64,000 bases of DNA from Eledone cirrhosa (Eukaryota): the NCBI GenBank assembly GCA_964016885.1, contig CAXHJY010000154.1:62001-126000 (forward strand), written 5' to 3'. The position numbers were made by a program, and so were the translations under genes. Of this stretch, positions 13,010-25,691 are shown one piece after another (within the stretch, counting starts at the first letter, position 1; the number at the start of each line of letters is the position of its first letter). A model generated the notes under the pieces. That model was not told where the DNA came from. It made no database searches and saw only the letters and a list, made by a program, of their open reading frames with translations.

Positions 13010-13950
13010 TTTAACATCCATTTTTCCATGCTAGCATGGGTTGGACGAGTGGTCCTGTTGTGAGACATGCCAGATTAGATAACAGTGTCTTGCTCATACA
13101 GAACTGTTTCTGGCTTGGTTTCTATGGCTGGATACCCTTCCTAATGCCAACCACATATACAGTGTGGACTGGGTGCTTTTTGTCGTGACACCTACATGAC
13201 CACTTTACAGTGTGAACATGAGAAGGCGGGTCTTCTGTATTACTGCATAATGCCAAAGATCTTGATCCTCTGTCATTGTCTTTGAGAGGTGCAATTGTGC
13301 AAAGTTAGCTTTTATTACCTCATCCCAAGTCTTCCTATGTCTTTCTATGCCATTATTTCCATCAATTTTCATCCTTCATACGTATAACATGTCCATACCA
13401 ACACAATTTCCTCTCCTGCACACAGCATCCCTCTTATGCCTAGTTTCTCTCTCAATTCATATTTGCTTTGCCATTCATGTATGTTACTATTGCACATCCA
13501 TCGAAGCATAGAAGCTTCATTTCTTTCCAATCTTCGCAGGTCCTCTGCACTCAGTGCCCACATCTCATTACCATGCAACATTACTATTCATATACTCACA
13601 TCATACAGTCTGTCCTTCATTTTGAAGGGAAAACCTTTTGTGGTTAGCAGCAGTAGTAACTCCCTGAACTTTCTCCACCCCATTCTCACTTTAGCTACAG
13701 TACTTTCGGAACACCCACCTCCACTGCTAATTTGGATGCCCAAGTAACAGAAACTATCAACTACTTCTACTGAGCTTTCTGGGCATTTAAAAGAGCTAGT
13801 ATCCTGTGGGCTCTTGCTTCTCACTGTACCTGTGCAACGGCCCCATATAAAACCTGTGTTCTTTGCTAGTCTACCTGTACCCATAGTTTGCATTTGGGGC
13901 ATAGGATGGAATTTCGACCTACTTCTTTCCTGAACACTGAGCAACGCCAT
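13010..13950 (-). mobile_element. RTE LINE 3' fragment (PHD region to 3' UTR)
   Basis: VDSFCYLG, MGWRKFRELL, MLHGNEMWAL and LERNEASMLRWMC, followed by the 3' UTR module. Confidence 0.92.
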
Positions 13951-14235
13951 TTCCCTGACCATGGGATTCACACATTGAAAGTTCCCCTCTGAGGCAAGGT
14001 TATTTGTATAAGGCCAACAGTTGACCATACATACTGGTCCTCCCCCTCTCCACATCACTGATGTTGTCCAAGGGAAAAGCAAAGGCCGATACAGCTTGGC
14101 ATCAGCATCATCACAACTCACTTCTACTTCTGAGTAAGCTGGAGCAACATGAAACAAAGTGTCTTACTCAAGGACAACACATTACCTGGTCTGAGAATCA
14201 AACTCACAACCTCACAATTACAAGCCCAATACTCA
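13950..14235 (-). mobile_element. tRNA-derived SINE (family B-like head)
   Basis: CTGGAGCAACATGAAACAAAGTGTCTTACTCAAGGAC central domain and a box B-like reverse motif GAATCAAACTC. Confidence 0.7.
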
Positions 14236-14418
14236 ATAACAACTTTATATAATAACTAAATATTAAAACCAAACATAGCCTTTCTTACTTTATTTCTGAT
14301 AATTAGAAACAAATTTCTGAGAAGTATTTTATAATAAAACTTAAAATTTTTTGGGGGAGTTTCTATAGGAGTCTATACTATACAATCATGAGTTTATGTG
14401 TATTTGTTCATGTGAGTT

Positions 14419-14452
<34 letters not shown>

Positions 14453-14668
14453 AAGAGAGAGAAAGAGATTGATAGATACACACACATACATCCATACATG
14501 TACTCATACACACAAATATACACTCATTTTATATGTATTTATTGTGTATGTATCTGCATAATTTAACACTCATACAATGACTGGATCTGTCTGTGCACAT
14601 ACATATACATAAACATACATATATATGTATACTCACATGTATATACACACATATTGTGTATGTATTTA

Positions 14669-14870
14669 CGAGGGTTTGCTGAAAAGTTCATAGGCTAACT
14701 ATGAAAAATTGATGTTAGTGCTGTGAAATCTTGTGTGCATTAATTTCAACTCTTCATATTAATAACTGCATTGTTTCTTTCTAGGGACTACGTATATTGA
14801 AAAATAAACCTCATTTGGTCATTTCATGAGAGTATCTTGGTCAGGCTATGAACTTATCAGCCGAATCTCG
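14669..14870. mobile_element. mariner-derived MITE (about 200 bp)
   Basis: TA|CGAGGGTTTGCTGAAAAGTTCATAGGCT ... AGGCTATGAACTTATCAGCCGAATCTCG|TA; imperfect 28-bp TIR and TA TSD. Confidence 0.8.
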
Positions 14871-15946
14871 TATTTATATTTGTGTGTGTGTGAATTATTT
14901 CACACTCACACAATAACTGCTACTATGTAATTCTAAAGCATAGTGGTTGCTGAAGCAAGTGGTTGTAATCTTTAGAATTTCAGATATACAAACCTGATCT
15001 TTTAACCTTTTCATTACCATATTTTTAACAGAAGATAGTGCCTATGATTCTCAAATCATTTTGAAACTAATCAAGAATTTTTGTAATTTAGTAATATATT
15101 ATTAATCTGGTATTTGGAGCCTATCTTAACAAAAGTTCTTACATAAAATTATGATGGAAGGCTTTTTTAGATAAATATTGTTGAATCGAGGGTGGTATCA
15201 AAAATGTTAATAGTTGTGCACTTTTAGCTCTATTGGCTTTTTGATTATTTATAAAAAACACTATAGGTTAATTATCAAAACAATAGAAAAACAGTTTGAA
15301 GAGCATTATATTTTTCGGGGCTTTTGGCTATATTATTGAGTTCAATATATTGGCCTGGCAGTGCTATAAGGCTTAAATAACTTCTATAAATAAACCCTTT
15401 TCTCAGTGGTTTATTTATTCCTTCCTTTGTCCAATCTTAAGACCAGATGAAAGAAACTATTTCAATAGTTTTTCCATTGCTGATGCTACCTGCCAGTCAC
15501 AACTCCTGGCCGGAGGAGGTATGATTTGAACTCAGAACAGTGCCAGATCAGATACCAAAAAGCATCCTATCCAACTCTTTAACAATTCTGTTAATCTACT
15601 ACATCTGAACTGGTACTTTATTTATTGACCCTGAAAGAATGAGAGGTGAAGATGAACTCAGTGGGATTTGAACACAGAGTGCAGTGAATTGGAACAAATA
15701 CATAGTGATTTAATAGACATTTCAGCAGGGCAACTTTTACAATACCTCAAAATATGTATGAAGTAGATTTTTTGCTGAATATATTTTGTGATTTCTGGTG
15801 GTTTTTATCATCATTACCAACTGGGACTCATATCACTGTAGGTCTTAGATGTTCATAGTTTTGCAATGCAGCTTGATGAAATTATACCAACTCCTGAAAT
15901 GTGCTTTATAAATATGTTATCTAAATGGCAAGTGGAATTTTATTAA

Positions 15947-16093
15947 TTGAATTAGAAGATTTTGCCATAACTTTGACGAAATAAAATAATCTTATAATAA
16001 CAGGGTGTATAAGCCAACTGAACATTTGGTTTATACGCCTCATTATTAGACTGTTTTATTTAGTTAAAGTTATGGCAAAATCTTCTAATCCAA
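15947..16093. repeat. Long palindrome (arms about 70 bp, loop about 8 nt)
   Basis: ATTAGAAGATTTTGCCATAACTTT versus AAAGTTATGGCAAAATCTTCTAAT, with pairing continuing to the centre. Confidence 0.88.
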
Positions 16094-16149
16094 TTTTCAA
16101 ATATGTTATCTGTTTTGACAAGAGACTATTGATCTGTGATTGGAAAGTT

Positions 16150-16500
16150 TTGCATCACTCTTGCCAGTATAGCAACATCTGCTGTGACTGTATGTAGAGG
16201 CCCTTACATAAGTAATAGTTTAGGCTACAGTTACTGCATTTGAAGTCTCATGCTCTCCTTTCATCTTTTTAAATCTTTCTTTAGCTCTAACCTACATTGA
16301 GAGCACTCCCTTGCAATATTTTCTTGGGTTACTGTGTTCATGTTCAATGATGTTATATCTCTCTTGCAGACATTTTTGAAATAAAAAGGGGGTTACTCTT
16401 ATGCTACCTTGTTGGAGGCTCAGCTTATCATACAGCAGGTTTTTTTGGATCTCCCCACCTGGTATTCAGTGTATGGGGCCCAGCCAATGGAGATATTATC
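16150..16500 (-). mobile_element. Old BovB-like RTE C-terminal remnant
   Basis: Minus-strand translation across frameshifts gives KNLLYDKL...FKNVCKRDI...ENIARECSQ, resembling the RTE pattern PKxLLYGEL...FKDVCKRD...WExxAxDR. Confidence 0.6.
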
Positions 16501-17007
16501 TAGTTTACTTTCTTAATAGATTTCATCAAGTGGCAAACCTAACTTTCAGCATCATACCTTCAATATAATTAAGGAACATTCTAAACCCTTTTCTATGACT
16601 GGATGCCCTTCCAATCACCAACCACTTTATAGAGTATACCGGGTGTGTTTTATTGTCCCCAACACAAGTGTGGTTGTTGTACTCTAGACACAACTGAAGT
16701 GACCTCTTGACTCTTTTTGGCATGATTTGTACTATATTTTAGATGTGATTTCAGATACATTTTAGTGGGGTTTTGTTTGTATTATCTGTTTTGTGTGTGA
16801 ATATTAGGTTGAAATACTCTTACCTTTTTAACATACTTATTATTTATTTTGCTATGAGTCATGACTTTAGGAATTTTTCTCACAATTCATGTTGAACTAT
16901 TTCTTTATCTCTTTTCACTTGTTTTTTTTTTATTGTACAACAGCCATTCTAGTTTTCTTTTACAGATTGTTTTTAGAATTAGATTATTCTTAAGTGTTTT
17001 TCTTTTC

Positions 17008-17469
17008 TAACCCTTTCCTTATCATGTTTTAATGAAATAATGCTACAAATGATTTTCAAAACATTCTGAAAATAAATAATCAAGAATTTGGAAGGATTTA
17101 ATAATATAGATAACATTTCTCATTATTAAGCTGTTTTTTTTTTGGAGCATAACTTAACAAAGGTTTTTACATAAAGTTATGATGGAAGGTTTTTAGATAA
17201 ATATAAACACTTTAACCCTTTCATTACCATATTTCTAACAAGTGACACCATCTACAATTTTCAAATCATTTAAAAAATAATCAAGAATTTGGAAGCATTT
17301 AGTAATATAACTTGTTTATTAAGCTGGTGTTTGAAGCATAACTCAACAAAGGTTCTTGCATAAAATTACAATAGAAATATCTTTAGTTAAATATAAATGC
17401 AATAAAATACACAACATTGTATCATCAAAGCAGGAACAGTTTCAGGTGGTTTGGTATCAAAGAGATTAA
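17008..17469 (+). mobile_element. Two adjacent or nested P1 piggyBac-like MITEs
   Basis: Second copy 17216-17465 (TTAA-CCCTTTCATTACCA...TGGTATCAAAGAGA-TTAA) starts at an internal TTAA of the first copy. Confidence 0.78.
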
Positions 17470-17729
17470 GATGGTATGGAGCAATTTGAGAGAGATTTAG
17501 CTGCTAATTCTAACCGGCGGAATGCCTTCATAGAGGCTCCTTTATGAACCTATTCAATAAAATAATCACACTGTGTCATGCTGAATCCCCCTGAGAATTG
17601 TGATAAGACTATATGTATCTTTGGAATGTTCATTTACTAAATTTTACTAACTGGCTGCCTCATTGATCAAAGAACTAGAACACACATCATCATATCTGGT
17701 GGTGGCCCAGCACACACATATGGGTGTTC

Positions 17730-18008
17730 TAGTGGTTCAATCAATGGAACAGCCTGCTCATTAAATTATTACACAAGGAGTTGAACATTCCATAGACTTG
17801 TGTACTCTTAGTACAATTCCAAGGGAGATTCCACAAGACACTGTGTGTGACAGTGCTTATCCTTTGAATTACAGGTATAACTCATTTTGTTCAGTTGAGT
17901 GAACTGGAGCAATGTGAAATAAAAAAAGTTTTGCTTAAGGGCACAACATCCTACTAGAATCGAATTCATGACCTTATGATCATGAGTTGAACACTAAGCC
18001 ACATGCCT
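17730..18008 (-). mobile_element. SINE family C (second copy at about 41220-41500)
   Basis: Both loci share TCAATCAAT(A/G)GAACAGCCTGC...CTGGAG(C/T)AATGT...CACTAAGCCA. Confidence 0.75.
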
Positions 18009-18369
18009 TTACAGTCAAACCTGTATTTTGGGATAAACCCACATTGATATATAATGCCCTGGAATGAATGAAATCTTATAACTGCGATGACCTTTAGGGT
18101 AATTGAAAGAAGGCATAACTGGATTCAATATTGTTCATTTTTACCAATGCTATATTTTTTGTTTATCATTCAGTTAGCTTACATATTTAGTTGTATGTAA
18201 GATGGAGGTACAGGCTTGGCTGTGTGGTTAGGCAGTTTATTTTGCAGCCACATGATTACGGTTCAGTCATACTGTTTGGCACCTTGGGCAACTATCTTCT
18301 ATTATAGCCGCAATTTGATCAGTGTCTTGTGAGTGAAATTTTGTAGATGGAAACTGTGTGGAAACCCAT

Positions 18370-18429
<60 letters not shown>

Positions 18430-18544
18430 TACAGTATTCATTTGCAAGATTACTGTCTGGGAAAAAATAACACAATGTTTTTATTTTTTGAGATATATTT
18501 GCCAAACTTGGATCAGTTTGTCTTCATGACATGTTCTGTCGATC

Positions 18545-19440
18545 TTACTCAATGAACCTGCCTTTGGTTTTGGTGACAGTTTTGAGGCAGGCTCGGAACC
18601 ATCCACAGGCCTTCTTCACTGTCACCCAACATAGACCTCGGAAGGCTCTGGTGATCCTGGCGCTCAGCTTGTCCATCATGTTGCCGTTGGATTTGTTGGT
18701 CTCTCGTTCCATCGTGCCACACACAAAGACGTTGAGGGGAGTTGCAGTCAGGCGAGTTGGGAGGCCAAATGTCAGGTGCAGTGAGGTTGAAGAAGTTCTC
18801 CAACAATAAACCAGGGTTTTCCAGCTGGTATCGCAGGGTGCCAAGTCTTGTTGTCACACATACGGTTCCTTGCAGCTACCCAGTCAATCCAGGGTTTCAC
18901 CACCTCACTCAGAACACAGATGTAGCTGTCAGTGTTTAGCTTGAGGTCGTCAGGAAAGAAGTGGGGTGGCATGACATCACCTTTACTGCTGACGATACCA
19001 AAGACCATGATTGTTGCTGGAAACTTCATCTGCTTGACTCTGGGCACATCCTTGGGTGAGACAGCAAGCCACCTCTAGTTTGGGAATTGATTTTCTGGTC
19101 TTGGCAGAAGTTCTTCTTATCAGAGAAGAACCACAGCACGTCTGGCTCTAGTGGGTGATTCAACTTATTCATCAGTTTCTTGATGTGTTACTCACTTATC
19201 CTGCATCACCTTGGATAGAAATTGTCTCTTCCTTATCTTATATGAAAAGTAGCGAATGTCTTCATGCACCACCAGTCTGATGAGCTTTTCATCCACACCT
19301 TTCTCCCTTGCAATGGTACACATCGACTTGCTGGGATCATTGTTAATGATCTCCTGGACTTCAGTAATGAACTTTAGTGTTCTGATGGTGTCAGATTGTC
19401 AATCATAGGTTTTCTTCTCTGCTCACGTAGTCAAATCCTG
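18545..19440 (-). pseudogene. Tc1/mariner superfamily DD37D (maT) transposase remnant
   Basis: WFFSDKKNF, IMVFGIVSSKG, QQDLAPC and WPPNSPDCN(P)L(N). Correcting two frameshifts gives 37 residues between the 2nd and 3rd catalytic positions. Confidence 0.88.
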
Positions 19441-19635
19441 AATTTCAAGAACTCCATCATGGTTCTTCCACAAATTCAGGGGAGGGGGAGGTTAAAAATT
19501 GCCATAGCCTGCAAAAAAAAAAAAGCAAAAATGCCTATTTTTTTTTCAAGCCCCCGTATATATGTTTTTGTGTATATCATATAATATGTATGTGTGTGTA
19601 TGTATATGTAATATCATATTATATGATTTTGATGA

Positions 19636-20008
19636 TAATTGTTTCTACTTTTGGCACAAGGCCAGCAATTATCCCAGTGCATTACTGGTACTTTATTTTA
19701 ATTACCCCATAGGGATGAAAGGCAAAGTTAACCTCAGTGGGATATGAACTGAGACCGTAAAGGACCATAACTCTATGCTGCAAAGCATAGCGTCCGACCC
19801 TCTACCGATACTGCCAATCAACCGCCCTTAAATAATTGTTTCTACTTTAGGCACAAGGCCAGCAATTACCCAGTGCATTACTGGTACTTTATTTTATCGA
19901 CCCCGTAAGGATGAAAGGCAAAGTCCACCTCGGCGGGATTTGAACTCAGATCGTAAAGGGACGTAACTATGCTGGAAAGCATGGCGTCCGACTCTCTACC
20001 GCCCTTAA
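19636..20008 (-). mobile_element. Two head-to-tail SINE family A copies
   Basis: 19636-19830 and 19831-20008 each match 11036-11226. Confidence 0.9.
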
Positions 20009-20194
20009 ATAATGATGACATATATATGCACATGCATATGTCTGTCTGTGTATATGTGTGTCTGTGTTTGTCTGTCCTTTCTATTTTCTCTTTGCTTCCC
20101 ATTTGATAACTCTGGTGGAGGTGCAGATATTTGTTTCTGTAAGTCCTCCATAATCAGAAGTCCTGCTGTCACTGGTTAGCTATGTGATGATCTA

Positions 20195-21469
20195 TCTATA
20201 TATCTAAAACAGATTGCATTTGTGATAATATTTTACACGTTTTTATTGTATGTAAACTTCCCCCTTTGTATTTGTCCCCTTCTTTTGTGCCCCTGTGGCT
20301 AATAAAGAAACATATCTATATATCTAAAACAGAGAATGTCTGTCTGTCTGATCACGAAAACTCGAGAGCCACCCAACCGATTGTTTTCAAACTTTATACA
20401 TGAAATACTTATGGTCGTGTGAGTGTTTTGAGCAAAAAGATTTCAAATTTTCAATGCCGTACGGACTGCATTATGCGATTTAGCGATCTCTCTCTCTTAG
20501 TCTTTCTCTTTTTAGATAGCTATATAGATATATCGTTGCACCCTTATAATATCTGTCTGTATGCCTGGCTGTCTGCATTACAACATTATGACGTAGCTGT
20601 GTGTGTATATATGTATATATAGTGTGTGTATATATATATAGTGTGTAACGTTTTTCGAAATATTTACTTCTGCGTTCACCAATTGATTTTTTTAAAATTT
20701 TAGTTTCAGAAGATCCCGTTAAGGGTGAAAGCAGCGATTCTTTGCTTAAACTTTAATCTGTTATTTTAATATATATATATATGGAGGTCATGGCTTAGTG
20801 GTTAGAGCATTGGCCTTGCAATCGAAAGGTTGTGAGTTTAATTCTCAGACCAGGCGATGTGTTGTTTCCTTGAGCAAGACACTTTATTTCACATTGCTCC
20901 AGTTTACTCAGCTGTAGAAATGAGATGATAGGGACTGGGGACCCTATCATTCCACTGTAAGGTGGACGTGTAGGTGCCACGGCAAAAAAGCACCCAGCAC
21001 TCACTGGAAATGAAGTTGGTGTTAGGAAGGGCATCCAGCTGTAGAAATCAAGCCAGAATCAGTTCCCGTCCCACCCTTGCAAGCAGGGAAAAAGCGGACG
21101 TAAAATGAAATGATGATAATGATGATATATATATATATAATTATATATTCGTGTACAGATATTTTTGCATACACAATAACAAAATATAAATAAAAGTATT
21201 TATTTTGTGATAAAGTATTGATTTTCTTCGCACGGAAAAAACCCCTGGTAATCTGCAATTAATTTTTTTTATAAGCACAAAATGTAGACACCATCCCGAG
21301 GCCGAGGTATTCCGTACTTCTCTGTACTGTTATATATTCGTGTACAGATATTTTTGCATACACAATAACAAAATATAAACAAATGTATTTATTTCACAAG
21401 GCTTGATAAGGATAAATATATATCAAATATATATAGCAAATTCCGAGCAACGCCGGGTCATTCTGCTAG
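20195..21469 (+). mobile_element. Non-autonomous Helitron with nested insertions
   Basis: 5' A|TCTATATATCTAAAAC, (GTCT)n near the 5' end, 3' GC-rich CCGAGCAACGCCGGG followed by CTAG|T, no TSD. Confidence 0.82.
20782..21126 (+). mobile_element. SINE family B: tRNA head, central domain and RTE-type 3' tail
   Basis: TGGCTTAGTGG box A; tail GGTGTTAGGAAGGGCATCCAGCTGTAGAAA...GGACGTAAAA(TGA)n shared with the RTE 3' UTR. Confidence 0.9.
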
Positions 21470-22495
21470 TATCTTACTAAACAAGGGAAGGATTGGTGTT
21501 AGAAGTAGCAACCAGCCATAGGATGTTGCCTCCAAATGCCCTATCCATCCCATGCCAGCATGGAAAACCAATGTAACACCAATGATGATGATGATGGTGG
21601 TGATGTATTTCTTTCTATTACAAACTAATACTTAGAAACAATTACTTGACTGTGTGTCAAATAATGGAACATATGAGCTTGATGAAGTAGTTGTGACATA
21701 TTTGGTCACAGACTCTGATACCTATCCAAACTATACCAGTATCGAAAACTGACATAAAAATAAAATAATGACAATGGTATTTGATTCTCAGTCAACATAC
21801 AAAACACATATTCATAATACAACAACAAAAGTTAAGTATGCATTTAAAATTTTTAAATCTCTGACATCTGCCACTTGGCTTAAATAATTAAATTTACTTA
21901 GAAAACAAATATGTGTCCAATACTGGAAAACACAAACACTATTTGGTACTTCATCTCAAAAAGATACACTTTAATGTGAAACAATGCACCATTCTTGTAC
22001 AAGGAAATTAAATGAGAGATGCACAGTATATCATTATCACCATTTTACATCTGCCTTCCATATTGGTAGGGGTTGGACAGGATGTTATAGTCTGCGGTGA
22101 AAGTGGTGAGAGAGACCTACTCTTCTTCATATGTTCCGTAGGTGGCATGGTTTCTATGGCTCAATGCCCTTCCTAAAGCCAAGTATTTTGTATAGTGGAC
22201 TGGGTGCATTTTACCTTGGCACCAACACTACCACTTAGCGGAGTGTTTATATATATATATATATATATATATATCATGGCACCAGCATACACACAATATA
22301 CACGCACACATACACACGCATACATAAAATCAGTGATCGGACAGATCATGGCCGTGTAGCTAAGAAGTTTGCTCTGCAACCATATGGCTTCTGGTTTGAT
22401 ACTATTGTCTTTTACCGTGGCTTCAGACTGACCAATGCCTTGTGAGTGAAATTCAGTAGATAGAAATTGTGTGGAAGCCTGTCATATATGCACAC

Positions 22496-22501
22496 ACAGA
22501 A

Positions 22502-22534
<33 letters not shown>

Positions 22535-22550
22535 AATATACACGCACGCA

Positions 22551-22633
<83 letters not shown>
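22496..22633. repeat. (TA)n/(CA)n microsatellite
   Basis: Read directly from the sequence. Confidence 0.95.
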
Positions 22634-22635
<2 letters not shown>

Positions 22636-23099
22636 GTCTAACACATGCTAGCGTGGAAGAATGGACATAAAATGATGATGATGATGACACACACATCATC
22701 ATCATCATCGTTTTAACATCCACTTGCTCTGCTAGCAAGGGTTGGATGGGTATACATAGACCAAATTAGTACTGAAGCAGGGGTCTGCATCTCAATTATA
22801 CATATATATCATCATCATCATCATCATCAGACAGTCCATCTCCTCAGTCAACCTCTGGAATCACTAGTTTTGATGCATTAAGATTGATACTGTTCATTCC
22901 AAAACATGTAGAGACAAAGTCAGGCCAAGTTATGCTTTAAGGCGAATTACACAAATATAGATGAAAAAGTATCCCAAGTGTGTCAACTGACAAAGAAGGG
23001 AGAATACGGTAAGTGAGGGCTTAGCCAAAGGAGAACAAGAAATATAGAAAGGAGAGAAATAGTAAAACAGAAGAGAATAATATGGACTGCACAGAGAAA

Positions 23100-23135
<36 letters not shown>

Positions 23136-23213
23136 AAAGAGGGTGTGGTAAGATACCAGGTGGACCATAATGCACCAGAGTACACAGTACTTAGGGTAGT
23201 AGAGTGGGTAATA

Positions 23214-23298
23214 GGAAAAGAGTCAGGACCCTGACAGCTGTTCAGATCTAGCTGTTGAAACGGCCGGAGCTCAGCCATTGGGGTCCTGACTCTTTTCC
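23214..23298 (+). repeat. 18-bp perfect inverted repeat enclosing a degenerate hammerhead
   Basis: GGAAAAGAGTCAGGACCC / GGGTCCTGACTCTTTTCC around TGA-CAGCT..AGCTG-TT-GAAACGGCCGGA. Confidence 0.65.
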
Positions 23299-23358
23299 GA
23301 TATATATATATAATAAAATGTTATTGTTTGCTTGAGGTGTTGTTTATAATATACAATG

Positions 23359-23682
23359 TGGAAAGTGATGTATGTAAGAAGGCTAAAACAATGCAAAATG
23401 GACGATAGGGTGAAAGCTCGAAAAAGTTACCTGATAATCTTTGTTTTTTTGTTTTGTTTTTTTACGTCGTAATATTTTGAGACTTAAAATTCCCTTTGTC
23501 AGAATATAATAGACAGGAATGTTTTTCTCTGAGAGTTCTCTATACTCTGACGAAGAGAATTTTAAGTCCCGAAATATGACGAAAAAAACCCCCAAAGATT
23601 TCTAGGTAACTAACTTTTTTGTTGCCTTCATATTACTGTCCAGTTTGTGTTGTTTTAGCTTTCTTACATATATCACTTTCCA
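23359..23682. repeat. Imperfect inverted repeat with arms of about 150 bp (Penelope pLTR-like)
   Basis: TGGAAAGTGATGTATGTAAGAAGGCTAAAACAA versus TTGTTTTAGCTTTCTTACATATATCACTTTCCA; the inner arm carries CTGACGA...GAAA. Confidence 0.75.
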
Positions 23683-25691
23683 TGCTAGCGTGGAAGATGG
23701 ACGTTAAACAAAGATGATGATGATGATATATATATATGTGTGTGTGTGTGTACACATACATTGCTTGTGCATCCGGTGATGTTTGTTTGTGTTACGCATA
23801 AACAATATGTTCTGTAGGTCATCAGTTTATTGAATTGAAAACCAGCATCTTATATGGTTTCAAATAAGAGTTTGTGTCAGAAAGTGCACCCAGCTAGAAT
23901 AGAATATTGCCTCAAAAAAGTCTTGTCTAACCCGTACCAGCAGGAAAAAAAACAGACATAAAAATGAGGATAATGGTTGTGCAGGGTATGGGGATGATGA
24001 TTGTGATAGTTGTGGTGATGATGACCTATTAAATCATCAGACATCCCTGATAATTGCTCTTTAAGGTTGAGTCAGCTGTGGAGTTATATTCTCGTATTAC
24101 TTCTACAATGATCTCTTCCTCTTAACTTGTCTTATACTCTCATAACCTCCAGTCTTGTTTTAGAGATGACATATTGTCTTTACTTTATACCACCTTCAGA
24201 AATATATCCTTTCTGCTTCTGGTAATGACATCATCTCTAAAAACTAAACAAGCAATAATTTGAAATGTTGAAGGAATACTTTGAACTTTGATAGAAATTA
24301 TTTTCAATCTGTTAAAGTATATTTTTGTTGTTAATCATCAACAACACATCAAGTGTTTCAAGGCCATTTTCCTTGCTAAAGCAAGGATTAGTCTTGCATA
24401 TTTCATAACAAGCTTTTCATTTTGCTCTAGCTTCTGCCTCCTTCCTCGCCATTTTCTTCTCCATCTTATCTTTCATAATCTACCTCTTCCTCTATTTTCA
24501 CTATCTTTCCATCACTCCTCACACTCAGCCTTTTTCATTCTTCCTCAACTCATGACCTAGCCATCTCACTCTATTTCTCTTTCCAACATTAATCACTGAC
24601 TTTATTTCTATTTAATGAACCAAATGAGGCATTTCTAACCTATGTAAATTCATTAGTCTGTTTAGATTAAAAAAAACATTAACATAAGATATATATACAG
24701 CCATGATAATAATTTAAAATTTTCAAAAAAGATGCATATGTTGTTTAAATGGGATTAGACTGGTTAAATTGTCACAGATCTTTCAATGACTTGTTGTATA
24801 GTATGACATATTCTGGTAATAATTGCTTTTTAAGTTCTATGTTTCTAAAGAGATTAAGCATATACTTACATCCTTCAAAGTGGACAGCAATAGAGTTAAT
24901 ATCCGGAATATACACGATTTGATTTAGTAATTTACCCAAATAAATCTACTTTATTAAAAGGACAAGTGAGAAATATAATCACTTCCTGTAATGAATCAAA
25001 CTAATGCGACACAATACTTATTTTAACTTGACAATCAGTAAATGATTTACCAAATACTATTTTTATGAAAAAGATGTTTGGATTCAAATTATTTAAAAAA
25101 ATATATAATGCAATTATAATGACATTTAGTGTTCCACATTATAATGTGCAGGTATGGCTGTGTAGTTAAGACGTTCACTTCACAATCACCATGCCTTGTG
25201 AGTGAAATTGATACACAGAGACTATACAGTAGCCTGTCACACACACGCACACATATATATAGAGAGAGGAAAGAAAATGTACTTAGAGTTTTTAAGATGT
25301 ATTTATATTAACTAAACTGGTTTCACAATTTCATGATTTTCAAAACTAGTGTGAGATTGAGGAATATTGAGTTATGCCAGAGTTTGAAAATTCATTTGAT
25401 TTAAATAGAGAGAACATAACACAAATTGATATTTGTTTGATATTCAGTTTGATTGGCCGAGGATAGTCATGAGGTCAGACAGAATTTGATTAGTTCTTTA
25501 CAACATCCATGCTTTAACTTTTGAAAATCATGAAATAAACTGTTTAAGTTAATATAAATAAATTTTCTTAATTTTCAGCTTCTTTTCTTTATACTTCTAC
25601 TCATGTGTGAAATATTTTCATATATATATATATATATATATTTATACTTCTACTCATGTGTGTTTGTGTGTGTGAAATATTTTCATATATA

